From Candidatus Poseidoniaceae archaeon (lineage in GTDB: Archaea; Thermoplasmatota; Poseidoniia; Poseidoniales; Poseidoniaceae): 32,000 bases of DNA. The position numbers and the translations under genes are program-made. Within the stretch, counting starts at the first letter, position 1. Every line of letters starts with the position of its first letter. The notes beneath the pieces were generated by a model, which was not told the DNA's origin, did not search any database, and saw nothing but the letters and a program-made list of their open reading frames with translations. Positions 1 to 8,775 of the stretch are shown here, piece after piece. The DNA lies in assembly GCA_943789275.1 (NCBI GenBank), contig CALSTM010000002.1:660001-692000 (forward strand). Direction: 5' to 3'.

Positions 1-2
1 GG

Positions 3-1160
3 TTGGCCCCTGAATGTGTGTTCCTCAACCATGGCTCGTTCGGAGCAACGCCTACCCTTGTTATCGAGGAACAAAGGAGATGGCAAGATTTACTCGAAGA
101 TGAACCGGTTCGATTCTATGAAGATTTGGCGATGGGATTCATGGAGAACGCTCGCCGTTCGCTTGCAAAGATGCTGCAGTGCGATGCAGATGACCTTGCT
201 CTGCTTGAGAACGCCACGTCGGGAGTCAACACCGTTTTGCGCTCGTTGGTCTTCGAGGAAGGCGATGAAATCCTCGTTCCAGACCATGCCTATCAGGCAT
301 GCCGCAACACCATTGATTTCGTTGCTGAGCGTTGGGGAGCAACGGTTGTCACCGTCAATATCCCGTTTCCGATCACGGGCCCTGATGTAGCGTTTGATGC
401 CATTATGGCTGGCGTGACTCCACGAACCGTACTCGCCATGATTGACACCGTAACAAGCCCAACTGGGTTATTGATGCCGTTTGAACGAATGGTCCAAGCG
501 CTTGAAGAAAGGGGCGTAGCGGTCATGCTCGATGCTGCACACGGCATTGGCATGGTTCCTCTGTCGCTGGATGAATTGGGTGCTTCCTACACGACAAGCA
601 ACTGTCACAAATGGCTGTGTGCCCCAAAAGGATCGGCTTTCCTTCACGTTCGCAAAGATTTGCAACACCACATTCATCCACTCACCATCAGCCATGGAAT
701 GACGTTTCCTTTAGGCGATACGACACGCTTCCGTCACGAGTTTGACTGGACCGGGACACGGGACATTTCCGCAGCATGCTCAATTCCAGCTACCATCGAT
801 TACATGCAAACCATGGTCGATGGCGGGTGGCCTGCAATCATGCAACACAACCATGACTTAGCCATTGAAGGGCGCCGTATTCTCTGTGAACGCCTTGGAA
901 TTGAGGCGCCGTGTCCTGATGAAATGATTGCGTGCATTGCGACCCTCGAGTTGCCGAGCGGCGGTGGAGCAGGCATTCCATTGCACGAGCCGGACCCGTT
1001 GCACAAGGTCTTGCAAGACACGTACGGGATTCAAGTCCCTGTCTGGTCCTGGGAGTCGCCAAAGGGGCGTTACATTCGAATCTCGGCTCAACTCTACAAT
1101 CATGTTGATGAATACCACTATCTAGCGGATGCACTTGCTACCGAATTGGCATTCGATTAG
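3..1160 (+). CDS. Class V aminotransferase-fold PLP-dependent enzyme (isopenicillin-N epimerase / cysteine desulfurase-like), 5' end probably truncated by the window edge
   Basis: The ORF runs to the left window edge. FLNHGSFGATP lies near the N-terminus. SNCHKWLCAPKGSAFLHV contains the His-Lys dipeptide typical of the PLP-binding lysine in this fold. Length and layout fit the family. Confidence 0.8.
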   Translation: MAPECVFLNHGSFGATPTLVIEEQRRWQDLLEDEPVRFYEDLAMGFMENARRSLAKMLQCDADDLALLENATSGVNTVLRSLVFEEGDEILVPDHAYQACRNTIDFVAERWGATVVTVNIPFPITGPDVAFDAIMAGVTPRTVLAMIDTVTSPTGLLMPFERMVQALEERGVAVMLDAAHGIGMVPLSLDELGASYTTSNCHKWLCAPKGSAFLHVRKDLQHHIHPLTISHGMTFPLGDTTRFRHEFDWTGTRDISAACSIPATIDYMQTMVDGGWPAIMQHNHDLAIEGRRILCERLGIEAPCPDEMIACIATLELPSGGGAGIPLHEPDPLHKVLQDTYGIQVPVWSWESPKGRYIRISAQLYNHVDEYHYLADALATELAFD

Positions 1161-1193
1161 AATCTGAAAACTTTCTCACGGCTAACCCGCCAT

Positions 1194-2291
1194 TTAATTC
1201 GTTCTAGACAAGTCGGATGTCGAAAAAATAAGTCGTTCTTCGAAACTGACTGGATCTACGTAACTGAAAATTTTACCTGCGACTATATTACAATTATCGC
1301 AAACAAGTATACATCGGTGAACATCAACTTGTAAATTGGGTTCATCTCCTTTAGGCAAGCAATCGCAGTCAAAAAAACAAGATGTTTCAGGTTTGTGGTC
1401 CTTCTCTTCCTTCCTTTGGAGTTGATAGTTATGCATATCAGAAAGATCGTTTAAATTGAAACCATCGTAAGAAAGATGCCTAGAGAAGATTCCAAGTTCG
1501 ACCCATTGTGCGAGTAACTTACGCCAATGCTTTTTACAAATAAGGTGGATTATGTGATTCCTTTCTCGCTCAGCCAGAACGCCTTTAGAGAATTGGTTAC
1601 AAACTTCAGAATCGAACCCATGCTTCAACAAATAACTCCTCACTCCGCGTAAATTTAACCAACCATTCACAAGTTTTTCTCGGTTGTAGATGAGTTCTGG
1701 CCAGATTTCGTCAATAATAATTTCCTCAATCGCAATCGAGAGGTTTGGGAGGCGTACCGGGAACTTCTTGACAGGTTTTCGCTCCTTTGAATGGTGCAAT
1801 GAATCTTCCAAAAGTTTTGGCAAAAAGCCTTTGTTGGATGAAAGTATTCTCCAGACATCACGGCGTACCCTGTACGCATCGCCAGCAGGCTTTCTACCAG
1901 CTTTGCCCTTTTGCCCTGAAGAACGCTGACTTGCGGCAATCCACGTGGTGCTTTTTGGAGTGCGGTATTTGTAGTACCACTCGCCTTTACCAGATTCCTG
2001 GTTTTCCTTTTTACGCCATTTTCTCTTTCTCGTCCAGCGGCCGGAAACTTTACCCTCGGACAAAAGGAATGCAAGTGCTTTTTCCGACAGATAGAGGTCC
2101 ATCTGTTGTGTTGTATGGCGGTGTTCAAACCATTGTGGGTGAACAACAGACTTGAGACCGAACAAAGTCTTGGATTTTTTGCCGCCTGAAACGCTCAAAG
2201 AATAGTCTAAGAATTTGCCGATTTGATACGTTCGTACGTCGTTTAATGAGGGCGTGAGGAGGCGTTGTGTCTCTTCCTCTTTGCTGCCCAC
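1194..2291 (-). CDS. Hypothetical orphan protein (365 aa) with a basic K/R-rich core and a Cys-rich C-terminus
   Basis: Long uninterrupted ORF with a GTG start at 2291. A CTATATGT box (minus strand, 2312-2319) lies about 25 nt upstream. Basic block RWTRKRKWRKKENQ...GQKGKAGRKPAG. C-terminal cluster CFFDCDC...HRCILVCDNCN. I recognise no family motif. The 3' two-thirds of the gene is markedly AT-rich. Confidence 0.55.
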   Translation of the reverse strand: MGSKEEETQRLLTPSLNDVRTYQIGKFLDYSLSVSGGKKSKTLFGLKSVVHPQWFEHRHTTQQMDLYLSEKALAFLLSEGKVSGRWTRKRKWRKKENQESGKGEWYYKYRTPKSTTWIAASQRSSGQKGKAGRKPAGDAYRVRRDVWRILSSNKGFLPKLLEDSLHHSKERKPVKKFPVRLPNLSIAIEEIIIDEIWPELIYNREKLVNGWLNLRGVRSYLLKHGFDSEVCNQFSKGVLAERERNHIIHLICKKHWRKLLAQWVELGIFSRHLSYDGFNLNDLSDMHNYQLQRKEEKDHKPETSCFFDCDCLPKGDEPNLQVDVHRCILVCDNCNIVAGKIFSYVDPVSFEERLIFSTSDLSRTN

Positions 2292-2293
2292 AG

Positions 2294-2343
2294 AGTGCTC
2301 TATTCATGGTAACATATAGGGGTTATGTAGAACACTTTTTAAT
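2294..2343. promoter_or_regulatory. Back-to-back divergent TATA-like boxes with a flanking imperfect inverted repeat
   Basis: CTATATGT (minus strand, 2312-2319) lies about 25 nt from the GTG at 2291. TTTTTAAT (plus strand, 2336-2343) lies about 22 nt from the GTG at 2362. A 9-bp imperfect inverted repeat AGTGCTCTA (2294-2302) / TAGAACACT (2328-2336) brackets the minus-strand box. The geometry fits leaderless archaeal transcripts. No experimental support. Confidence 0.3.
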
Positions 2344-2361
2344 TGGTGTCGAGGGGGCGCA

Positions 2362-2898
2362 GTGCACCGTTTTTTTAGGCATCTTAAGATTACCATGCAA
2401 GAAGGAGTACGAGCATACATCAGCCCGGCCAAGAAGGCCACCGTTAACCGAACATTCACCGTATACGGAGGAAGGGTGATTCAATTGCCAGTTCTTGATA
2501 TGGCGAACTTGAAGATTGCCGCAAGCCAAGAGGCTCGAGACTTCGTGCGAGATCATCTCCACGATTCAACCACTCTCGGGTTCCCGGACATGGGGCTGTT
2601 CAAGGGGCATGGGGTGATTCTCCAGCCACTCAACGCAACCACTTCGCACGTTTTGTTGGTCGTTGACGATGAGATGGCGCTGGTCATGCTGGCGATGTTG
2701 AACCACACATACCAAGTCATGGGCTACGGACTCATCTACGATTCGACTACGATACTTTCAGAGCCCCAGGCTACCGATCACGAGGGCGACGCCACCAACG
2801 GTAGCATGGAGCCATCCACGGATGCTTCCAGCGGACCTTCCACTGGTACGCCAAGCTCACGTGCCACGGCCGATGTTCTCGGCATGGAGGTGGCCTGA
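2362..2898 (+). CDS. Hypothetical protein, first gene of a three-gene coupled cassette (start ambiguous: GTG 2362 or ATG 2395)
   Basis: The ORF ends in TGA directly abutting the ATG of the next ORF (tgaatg at 2896-2901). The C-terminal roughly 45 aa is an S/T/P/G/D-rich low-complexity tail (EPSTDASSGPSTGTPSS). No recognisable motif. Confidence 0.5.
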   Translation: MHRFFRHLKITMQEGVRAYISPAKKATVNRTFTVYGGRVIQLPVLDMANLKIAASQEARDFVRDHLHDSTTLGFPDMGLFKGHGVILQPLNATTSHVLLVVDDEMALVMLAMLNHTYQVMGYGLIYDSTTILSEPQATDHEGDATNGSMEPSTDASSGPSTGTPSSRATADVLGMEVA

Positions 2899-3219
2899 AT
2901 GTGGTTGTACATTTCCGACGGCTTCTTGTCCATCGTTGCACATCGCGACCAACCTATGCACCTACTGGTTCGTGCTCGACACCCTGACCACATCGGCGCA
3001 CTTCTTCCCGGGCTTGAGGTCACTGTTATGCCCGAAGCAGACTATCCGTTCCGAGTCGTAGCGCATCGAACTGTTGTTCAGAGAGCGCTTGTCCATTATG
3101 TGATGAACATGGACTATGACAACTTCAAGAACAGCATTGACGATCGTGCATACCACGATACCTGTGTTGAAGTGTGGCGAACAATGTGGGCTTTTGGATG
3201 CCGTGAAGGAGGCCTTTGA
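2899..3219 (+). CDS. Hypothetical small protein (106 aa), second gene of the cassette
   Basis: The ATG is preceded by GGAGGTG (2886-2892). The stop TGA abuts the next ATG (tgaatg at 3217-3222). Contains FLSIVAHRD...LLVRAR...DYDNFKNS...VWRTMW. I cannot assign it to a named family. Confidence 0.55.
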   Translation: MWLYISDGFLSIVAHRDQPMHLLVRARHPDHIGALLPGLEVTVMPEADYPFRVVAHRTVVQRALVHYVMNMDYDNFKNSIDDRAYHDTCVEVWRTMWAFGCREGGL

Positions 3220-4095
3220 ATGCGTACAAGCATCACGCACCCGCTTCGCATCGACTGGTTGCCCGTTGAAGGCGACGAAGGTCGCATCGGCATGACGTTG
3301 TGTCCCGGCAAATATCAGCCAATATCTTGGACTGGTGGCTGGGACAGACAGTTGGATTTGGATTTCGAGGCGTTGAAAGAAAACGGCACATTGAAACTCA
3401 TAAGTCTCGTTACGCCTGAAGATATGGAACTTCTACGTGTGACTGAGCTACCTGAGTATGCTGAGGCGAGTGGAATTGAATGGATTCACCTCCCGTTACC
3501 AGACACATCGGTGCCTACTCGGAAGTGGCTTCGGCGATCTGTACCCGTATTCACTGAACTGCAAACTAGTATTGCCGAAGGTGAACGCGTCGTTGTACAT
3601 TGCATGGGAGGGTTGAGTCGGGCTGGAACTTTTGTTGCCATCTACCTCTACCTACGCGGTTATTCAATGATTGAGGCTATCCGAAAAGTACGAACTGAAC
3701 GCGATGCGCGTTGCATCAACGCTAAGCAAGAAGCATTTCTTTTCGACCTTGAAACACAGCAGATGGATGAGCGGTCAAAAATCGAACGTTATGCATGGAA
3801 TACTGGTGGCTTTGACGGCGACTTAATTTCTTGGGCTGCAGAGCATCTTTGTGACTGGCCGGTCAACAGCCAATGGAGACCGTATGGAAGTGGTGTCTTG
3901 TACGTTAAAACTGACCCAACCACCTGGCAACTCACTTCGATTGTGGACCACCCATTCGCTCGGCTTAGCCATGCTGCATTCAAGAATCTCATGGAAAATG
4001 TAGGTTTGAAATTGGATGACAAAACACTACCGGATTGTGGAGAAAATACGTTGTCATCTGCAGAGTTTTCTGTAAGAATGCTGTTCAAAATGTGA
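3220..4095 (+). CDS. Cysteine-based protein phosphatase (dual-specificity / KAP-CDKN3-like) fused to an uncharacterised C-terminal domain of about 120 aa
   Basis: AAGGAGG lies 7 nt upstream of the ATG. The active-site P-loop VVVHCMGGLSRAGT matches HCX5R(S/T). The upstream IHLPLPDTSVP is a candidate general-acid Asp loop. The N-terminal RIDWLP...GMTLCPGK resembles the KAP family N-terminus. Residues about 175-291 carry no motif I recognise. Confidence 0.8.
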   Translation: MRTSITHPLRIDWLPVEGDEGRIGMTLCPGKYQPISWTGGWDRQLDLDFEALKENGTLKLISLVTPEDMELLRVTELPEYAEASGIEWIHLPLPDTSVPTRKWLRRSVPVFTELQTSIAEGERVVVHCMGGLSRAGTFVAIYLYLRGYSMIEAIRKVRTERDARCINAKQEAFLFDLETQQMDERSKIERYAWNTGGFDGDLISWAAEHLCDWPVNSQWRPYGSGVLYVKTDPTTWQLTSIVDHPFARLSHAAFKNLMENVGLKLDDKTLPDCGENTLSSAEFSVRMLFKM

Positions 4096-4438
4096 GGACT
4101 TTTTCGCTGCTCTGAACCCATGCTGAACACTCAGCCATGGTTGAAAATTGTGCTCCTTCGTAATACGGCTGGCCCTTGAGCACGCCGCATCGACTTTGAC
4201 ACGTTCCGCAGACTTTGACCTGTACGCCGTTGGCAATCAGTTCCTTGGTCATCGCTACCATGTCTTCAATGCCTTCGGGAGGCTCTATGCCATCACGCGC
4301 CAAATCCACACTGTCGTTCATCAAGAACAGGCGTACTTCTGCTCCATCGCTGTTCAGTTGTCGAGCTAATCTCAACGCATTCCACGTCACGTCGGTGCCG
4401 TCGTAGGGTTGGTGGTTGAGTATGATGAGTATGGCCAT
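4085..4438 (-). CDS. DsrE/YchN-family (DsrE/DsrF-like) small sulfur-relay-fold protein
   Basis: 117 aa. MAILIILNHQPYDGTDVTWNALRLA...EVRLFLMNDSV...VKVCGTCQSRCG...STMAECSAWV...KVLTF matches the layout of the archaeal MTH1491/YchN-like DsrE family. Confidence 0.8.
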   Translation of the reverse strand: MAILIILNHQPYDGTDVTWNALRLARQLNSDGAEVRLFLMNDSVDLARDGIEPPEGIEDMVAMTKELIANGVQVKVCGTCQSRCGVLKGQPYYEGAQFSTMAECSAWVQSSEKVLTF

Positions 4439-4535
4439 GTAACCGCCACAGCAAGCCGGTGTTTGAAAGCAACGATGAAATCATGCGCGTCTTGTCAAAA
4501 CATGCCTTCAAAAGGCGAAGGCTGAAGCAGCGTAT

Positions 4536-7500
4536 ATGAAACTGTCATTTGCTGCGTTTGCCAAATGGCTTATTCCTCATCGAAAACGGGTCCACGTTGC
4601 CGTATTCTTCCTCACTTTACTGATGATTCCTGGCGTACTCACTGCCCTTCAACCCATCGATATGGAATCGTATGAAATGGATTCTCCAGAACTCGAAGCA
4701 CAATCCATCATTGACAACGAGTTTTCAAACTCTGAAATCATTCTCGGGTTCCTCGTCTCAGCCCGAGACCCTGCCAGTGTTCCACCGCTGAATGAATGGA
4801 CGCCTGTACCTCGAATGAGCGACGGAGCACCCGATTACTCCGCACTGCCAAGCGCGAACCAGATGCTTGAAGCGGGTGAGCCATGGGGCGGAATAAATGC
4901 ACCCACTGCGGGCATCATGAACCTCACCTTATTGCAAGAAATTGATTCGAAAGTTGACCTTGTTCAAGAGCATTCACTCAGTAAAGCGATGAAGCCGCTG
5001 GTGAACGATGTTACCGGTAATCAAGCCCCTGGGGCAATATCTCTATCCGATCACTTCCGAGGCTTCATGAACGGTTCGTCAATTCTTACTCAACCCGGCC
5101 TCACCACGCTTGGGGTGGTCACCGAACCACCGACCAACTGGACGGATTGTGGCGTATTGGAATGCCTCGAATTTGATGATGAAAACGTGACGCAACAACA
5201 TATTGATTTGGCAGCATCGCGCATGGCTGAAGCATCCGACAACAATTTCCTGCGCTGGTTATCGCTGGACAGAGGGTTTGTCGCTGACATGAATGCCCTT
5301 CAAACAGGTCCTGTAGGTGGCTCACTGAACAGCGACGGTTCATGGGAGAACGCCTTCTATGCGACAGGGCGTTGGTCGGCTTCTTCGACGTGGTTGCTTG
5401 TTCAATTCGACCGTGGCGTGCTCGAAGAAATGGGCTGGGAAGTGATTTGGAAAGATTCCCTCCAAGAAAAAAGTCTCGACTTCTCTGACGATGGTATCAA
5501 AATTGGAGGATACAGAATAGCCGACCGTTCCCTTGTTCTTCACCCACCGCAGTACACGGAAGAATACTGTCTTGAAATGCAGAAAGAAGGGACTGGGTGT
5601 TCGACTGAATGGTCCTACATGGACCTTGAAGGTCATCTTCGCTCCAACGACCGAACCACCATCACGCTCCTCCTCGGCCAAGGCGTCAACGTCGAAGTCA
5701 ACAGAGAACTGCAGGCGAGCGCTGGCCTCGTGATACTGATGGGGATTGCCATCGTTGGACTGCTCTATGTGAGCCTGCGAAGAGTTTCAGATGTAATCAT
5801 CGTCATGTTTGCCCTGGGAACGGCGATGCTGTGGATGCAAGGAATGATTGGCCATTTCTCGAGTATTACCTCTTGGTTTGGCCTCTCCCTCATTGCCCGC
5901 TCGCAATTCTCAAATCTACTCCCGATTCTCATTCTTGCGTTAGGCATAGACGATTCGTTGCACGCACTTCATCGCTACAAAGAGGAGCGAAGCAACTCAG
6001 CGACACCTCAGGAAGCTGCTGAAACGACTCTCCAAAGAGTCGGTCGAGCCATCATGCTGACCTCATTGACCACGATGGCGGCGTTTGCAGCGAACGTGTT
6101 CAGCGACATAGCAGTCCTTCGTTCATTTGGAATTGAAGCCGCCCTCGGCATACTCTCTGCATTCATCCTCACCGGGCTTTGGGTGCCGTTGATTCGACTC
6201 TCGGTCGATGATTGGATGAAGAAGCGAGACATGAACATCGAAGAATCCGGCGACACGACCCATTTGGTCCCTGAACGTTGGCTGAAGAAAATCTCTCTCG
6301 GTTCTGGTACCTTCAAGAATTCCATCATCATCGCCGGAGTTGCTTTCCTGTTGACGGTTCCAGCCGCATGGGGCATGGCTCAACTCGAAGGGGATTTTGC
6401 GGTCGAAGATTTCCTCGATGAACGTTCGGATTTTGCAATTGGAGTGCAAGAAATTTCTCAAAGGTTTGCCGATGAAGGTGAGCCGGCAAACTTGCTCATT
6501 GAGGGGGACATCCTCGACCCTGCTGTCTTTGCTGCAATCGACACCTTCCGACAAGACATGGATGATTTACCCGAAGGTGTGCCGGACAAAATTACCCGTC
6601 AACCCGACGGTACAATCGACATCTTAGCGCTTGATGAGATGGTCCTCGCAGCACAAGGCTCGCTTGTACTTGATTCAACGCCGTTCGAAGCGGCTGGCTG
6701 GCTGGTCAATGAAACAGGTCACGGAATGAATTGTTCCGATGCCAGTAATGGACCGTTGATGGACTTGACAGACCGTGATTGCTTGTCGTTCTTCTACGGG
6801 TTCTTATCGCTCAACGGCGTTCCTGGTGTTGGTCCAATACCAGATATCCCGCCAAGCATCGTGGCACTGTACATCGCGCCTGCAGTCGAGTTGGATCCGA
6901 CACAGCCTTGGCTTGACATCAACGGTGAACCGGCGGCTTACGACCGAATGTTGATTCGCTTCGGCATGACCGCTCCCGAAGATTTCCCAGGCATGGCAGG
7001 GGGCCTGGAAGAAGTTTGGCGGGACCTTTCGTCGTTCACAAACCTCTCCACAGGTGACCGTCTAGAAGCCGGAGAAACCAGCGAAGACAAACCACTGACA
7101 TGGGTGATGACAACAGGTCGCCCAGTAACTCGATTTGTTGCATCAACGACCATGCAAGACGAGATGCAATCTTCACTGCTGCTCGGCTCACTGTTCGTGT
7201 TCATCACCCTCTCTATTGGTTTCAAATCCTTCAAACAAGCCAGCGTAACACTGGTTCCAATTCTCTTGGTCGTGGTATGGTTGTACGGTTTGATGTACAT
7301 GGCTGGCTCCTCGCTCAACATCGTCACCGTTACCATTGCCACAATATCTCTGGGAGTAGGCATTGACTATTGTATCCACGTCACTGAAAGGTATCGCGAA
7401 GGCAGGGAGTCCGGCGAGACGCACGACGAGGCGCTCATCGGAATCGGCGGAGCGTGTGGACTAGCACTGGTTGGAAGTGCCGCATCAGACATCGCTGGTT

Positions 7501-7673
7501 TCAGCGTGATTGCTCTTTCACCGATGGGATTGTTCAGCAATTTCGGAATATTCTCAGCAGCGATGATTGCCTTTTCGCTCATTGCAAGCCTCGTCCTAAC
7601 CACTGCGGCTTTAGGCTTGATTGCCCGAACACCAGATGTGGGGGCAGAAGGCGATGGACATCCGGCGGCTTAA
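4536..7673 (+). CDS. RND-superfamily / MMPL-domain exporter (COG1033-like), 1045 aa
   Basis: Two-module architecture. Each module has one N-terminal TM helix, a large extracytoplasmic loop and a TM bundle. Family-typical motifs LGIDDSLHALHRYKEE and LGVGIDYCIHVTERYREG sit at equivalent positions of the two bundles. Confidence 0.85.
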   Translation: MKLSFAAFAKWLIPHRKRVHVAVFFLTLLMIPGVLTALQPIDMESYEMDSPELEAQSIIDNEFSNSEIILGFLVSARDPASVPPLNEWTPVPRMSDGAPDYSALPSANQMLEAGEPWGGINAPTAGIMNLTLLQEIDSKVDLVQEHSLSKAMKPLVNDVTGNQAPGAISLSDHFRGFMNGSSILTQPGLTTLGVVTEPPTNWTDCGVLECLEFDDENVTQQHIDLAASRMAEASDNNFLRWLSLDRGFVADMNALQTGPVGGSLNSDGSWENAFYATGRWSASSTWLLVQFDRGVLEEMGWEVIWKDSLQEKSLDFSDDGIKIGGYRIADRSLVLHPPQYTEEYCLEMQKEGTGCSTEWSYMDLEGHLRSNDRTTITLLLGQGVNVEVNRELQASAGLVILMGIAIVGLLYVSLRRVSDVIIVMFALGTAMLWMQGMIGHFSSITSWFGLSLIARSQFSNLLPILILALGIDDSLHALHRYKEERSNSATPQEAAETTLQRVGRAIMLTSLTTMAAFAANVFSDIAVLRSFGIEAALGILSAFILTGLWVPLIRLSVDDWMKKRDMNIEESGDTTHLVPERWLKKISLGSGTFKNSIIIAGVAFLLTVPAAWGMAQLEGDFAVEDFLDERSDFAIGVQEISQRFADEGEPANLLIEGDILDPAVFAAIDTFRQDMDDLPEGVPDKITRQPDGTIDILALDEMVLAAQGSLVLDSTPFEAAGWLVNETGHGMNCSDASNGPLMDLTDRDCLSFFYGFLSLNGVPGVGPIPDIPPSIVALYIAPAVELDPTQPWLDINGEPAAYDRMLIRFGMTAPEDFPGMAGGLEEVWRDLSSFTNLSTGDRLEAGETSEDKPLTWVMTTGRPVTRFVASTTMQDEMQSSLLLGSLFVFITLSIGFKSFKQASVTLVPILLVVVWLYGLMYMAGSSLNIVTVTIATISLGVGIDYCIHVTERYREGRESGETHDEALIGIGGACGLALVGSAASDIAGFSVIALSPMGLFSNFGIFSAAMIAFSLIASLVLTTAALGLIARTPDVGAEGDGHPAA

Positions 7674-8133
7674 TCACAACGATGTTGCATCGGGGTGGTC
7701 GATTAACGAACAAGGACTTCCCGGCACGGGCCAAATCTCGAAAGAAGAGTTGAGTGACTTGCTCAGCCTCTGTGAAGTCGCTGTTGGGGCATTTGAGAAC
7801 CAAGAGATGCTTGGTTTCGTACTCTGCCTGCTACCAAATACTCGATACGCAAGTCTCAACTATGCTTGGTTCAATGAACGGTATTCTTCCTTTCTTTATG
7901 TCGATCGCATTGCGGTAGCAGAGCAACACAGAGACAAGGGAATTGGTACACTGTTGTATGGATTCATCATCGAACATGCTCAGCAAAAAGATTTCCCTGT
8001 CGTCGCTGAAGTCAATTTAACGCCTCCAAACCCTGGCTCAATACGTTTCCATGAGCGGCATGATTTCAATCAAATTGGAGAATTCCACCAAGGTCAAAAA
8101 TCTGTGGCAATGATGTTACGTTCCACGAAGTGA
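7654..8133 (+). CDS. GNAT-family N-acetyltransferase
   Basis: Acetyl-CoA binding motif A is VDRIAVAEQHRDKGIGTLLYGFIIEHA (R/Q-x-x-G-x-G/A). Size is about 160 aa. The ATG at 7654 overlaps the end of the exporter gene by 20 nt. The TTG at 7621 given in the ORF track is less likely. Confidence 0.8.
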   Translation: MDIRRLNHNDVASGWSINEQGLPGTGQISKEELSDLLSLCEVAVGAFENQEMLGFVLCLLPNTRYASLNYAWFNERYSSFLYVDRIAVAEQHRDKGIGTLLYGFIIEHAQQKDFPVVAEVNLTPPNPGSIRFHERHDFNQIGEFHQGQKSVAMMLRSTK

Positions 8134-8189
8134 TTCGTAAAGTTGAGCAACGCAGTATTGTTTAAGTCCATGAGCACAGAGTTCATCTC

Positions 8190-8672
8190 ATGGATGATGA
8201 GTTCAGCCGGAGCCCTGCCCCCCCCTCGAGTGTGGTCATTCAAGACGCAGAACCACAGAACACTCAATCCATGCCCTTCAATCAACCGACATTAGCGGGG
8301 CAACCAACAAATTTCCAAAATATGGCGATACCTCAGCAGGGATACCAAATACCCATCGCTGCGAAAGATAAGCCGTCACTGATGATTTTAGGTGCGTCTC
8401 TGCTCATTATTCTGTTTTCGACCGTGTTTCCGTTCCTCACCATAGATACTTTCTTTGGTGATGGAAATGTCATCTGCTTTCTTCTTTGCAACGGCAACGC
8501 AATCGGACTGGTACTCATGGGCGTCTATTGTGTACAATACGGAACATGGGAAAGAAATTCTGGCAAAAACATCTCGATGACGTTCTCATACATCATCGGA
8601 GTTATCCTCTTTTTCTTGGCTACAATCTTAGTATTCATATGGGCCATTTTTGCTGAAGAGTCATACCTTTGA
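8190..8672 (+). CDS. Hypothetical membrane protein (P/Q-rich N-terminus, about 3 TM helices)
   Basis: The N-terminal 60 aa is P/Q/N-rich. Hydrophobic segments follow: LMILGASLLIILFSTVFPFL, ICFLLCNGNAIGLVLMGVYCV and SYIIGVILFFLATILVFIWAIF. No family recognised. Confidence 0.5.
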   Translation: MDDEFSRSPAPPSSVVIQDAEPQNTQSMPFNQPTLAGQPTNFQNMAIPQQGYQIPIAAKDKPSLMILGASLLIILFSTVFPFLTIDTFFGDGNVICFLLCNGNAIGLVLMGVYCVQYGTWERNSGKNISMTFSYIIGVILFFLATILVFIWAIFAEESYL

Positions 8673-8775
8673 AGACCGCTGCAATTACCGACCTTGGCAG
8701 CGGTGAGTTCATCAAGGAGTGGTTTTAGCGTTGTATTGCTGTCTTTGGGGTTGGCCCCGAGAAAGTGGTGATGTT

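Noticed and set aside
1667-2155. Alternative-frame ORFs (159 aa minus, 122 aa and 79 aa plus) inside the 365-aa orphan gene
   Set aside because: They are nested in or antisense to the longer uninterrupted ORF and carry no motifs. The longest frame is the most parsimonious, although the orphan gene itself is not proven.
4085-4095. Convergent 3'-end overlaps: phosphatase/DsrE by 11 nt, and DUF59-like/membrane protein by 14 nt at 17648-17661
   Set aside because: Short convergent overlaps are common in compact prokaryotic genomes. I see nothing indicating antisense regulation beyond the overlap itself.
8185-8205. C-box-like string (ATGGATGATGAG) suggesting a C/D box sRNA
   Set aside because: It is the start codon region of the 160-aa membrane-protein ORF (M-D-D-E). 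I found no matching D box (CUGA) with terminal stem at an appropriate distance.
8719-8775. GTG start extending Pus10 by 19 aa (MVLALYCCLWGWPRESGDV)
   Set aside because: The AAGGAG upstream overlaps the GTG itself, leaving no spacer, and the extension is hydrophobic and Cys/Trp-rich. The ATG at 8776 has a GGTGA Shine-Dalgarno at proper spacing.
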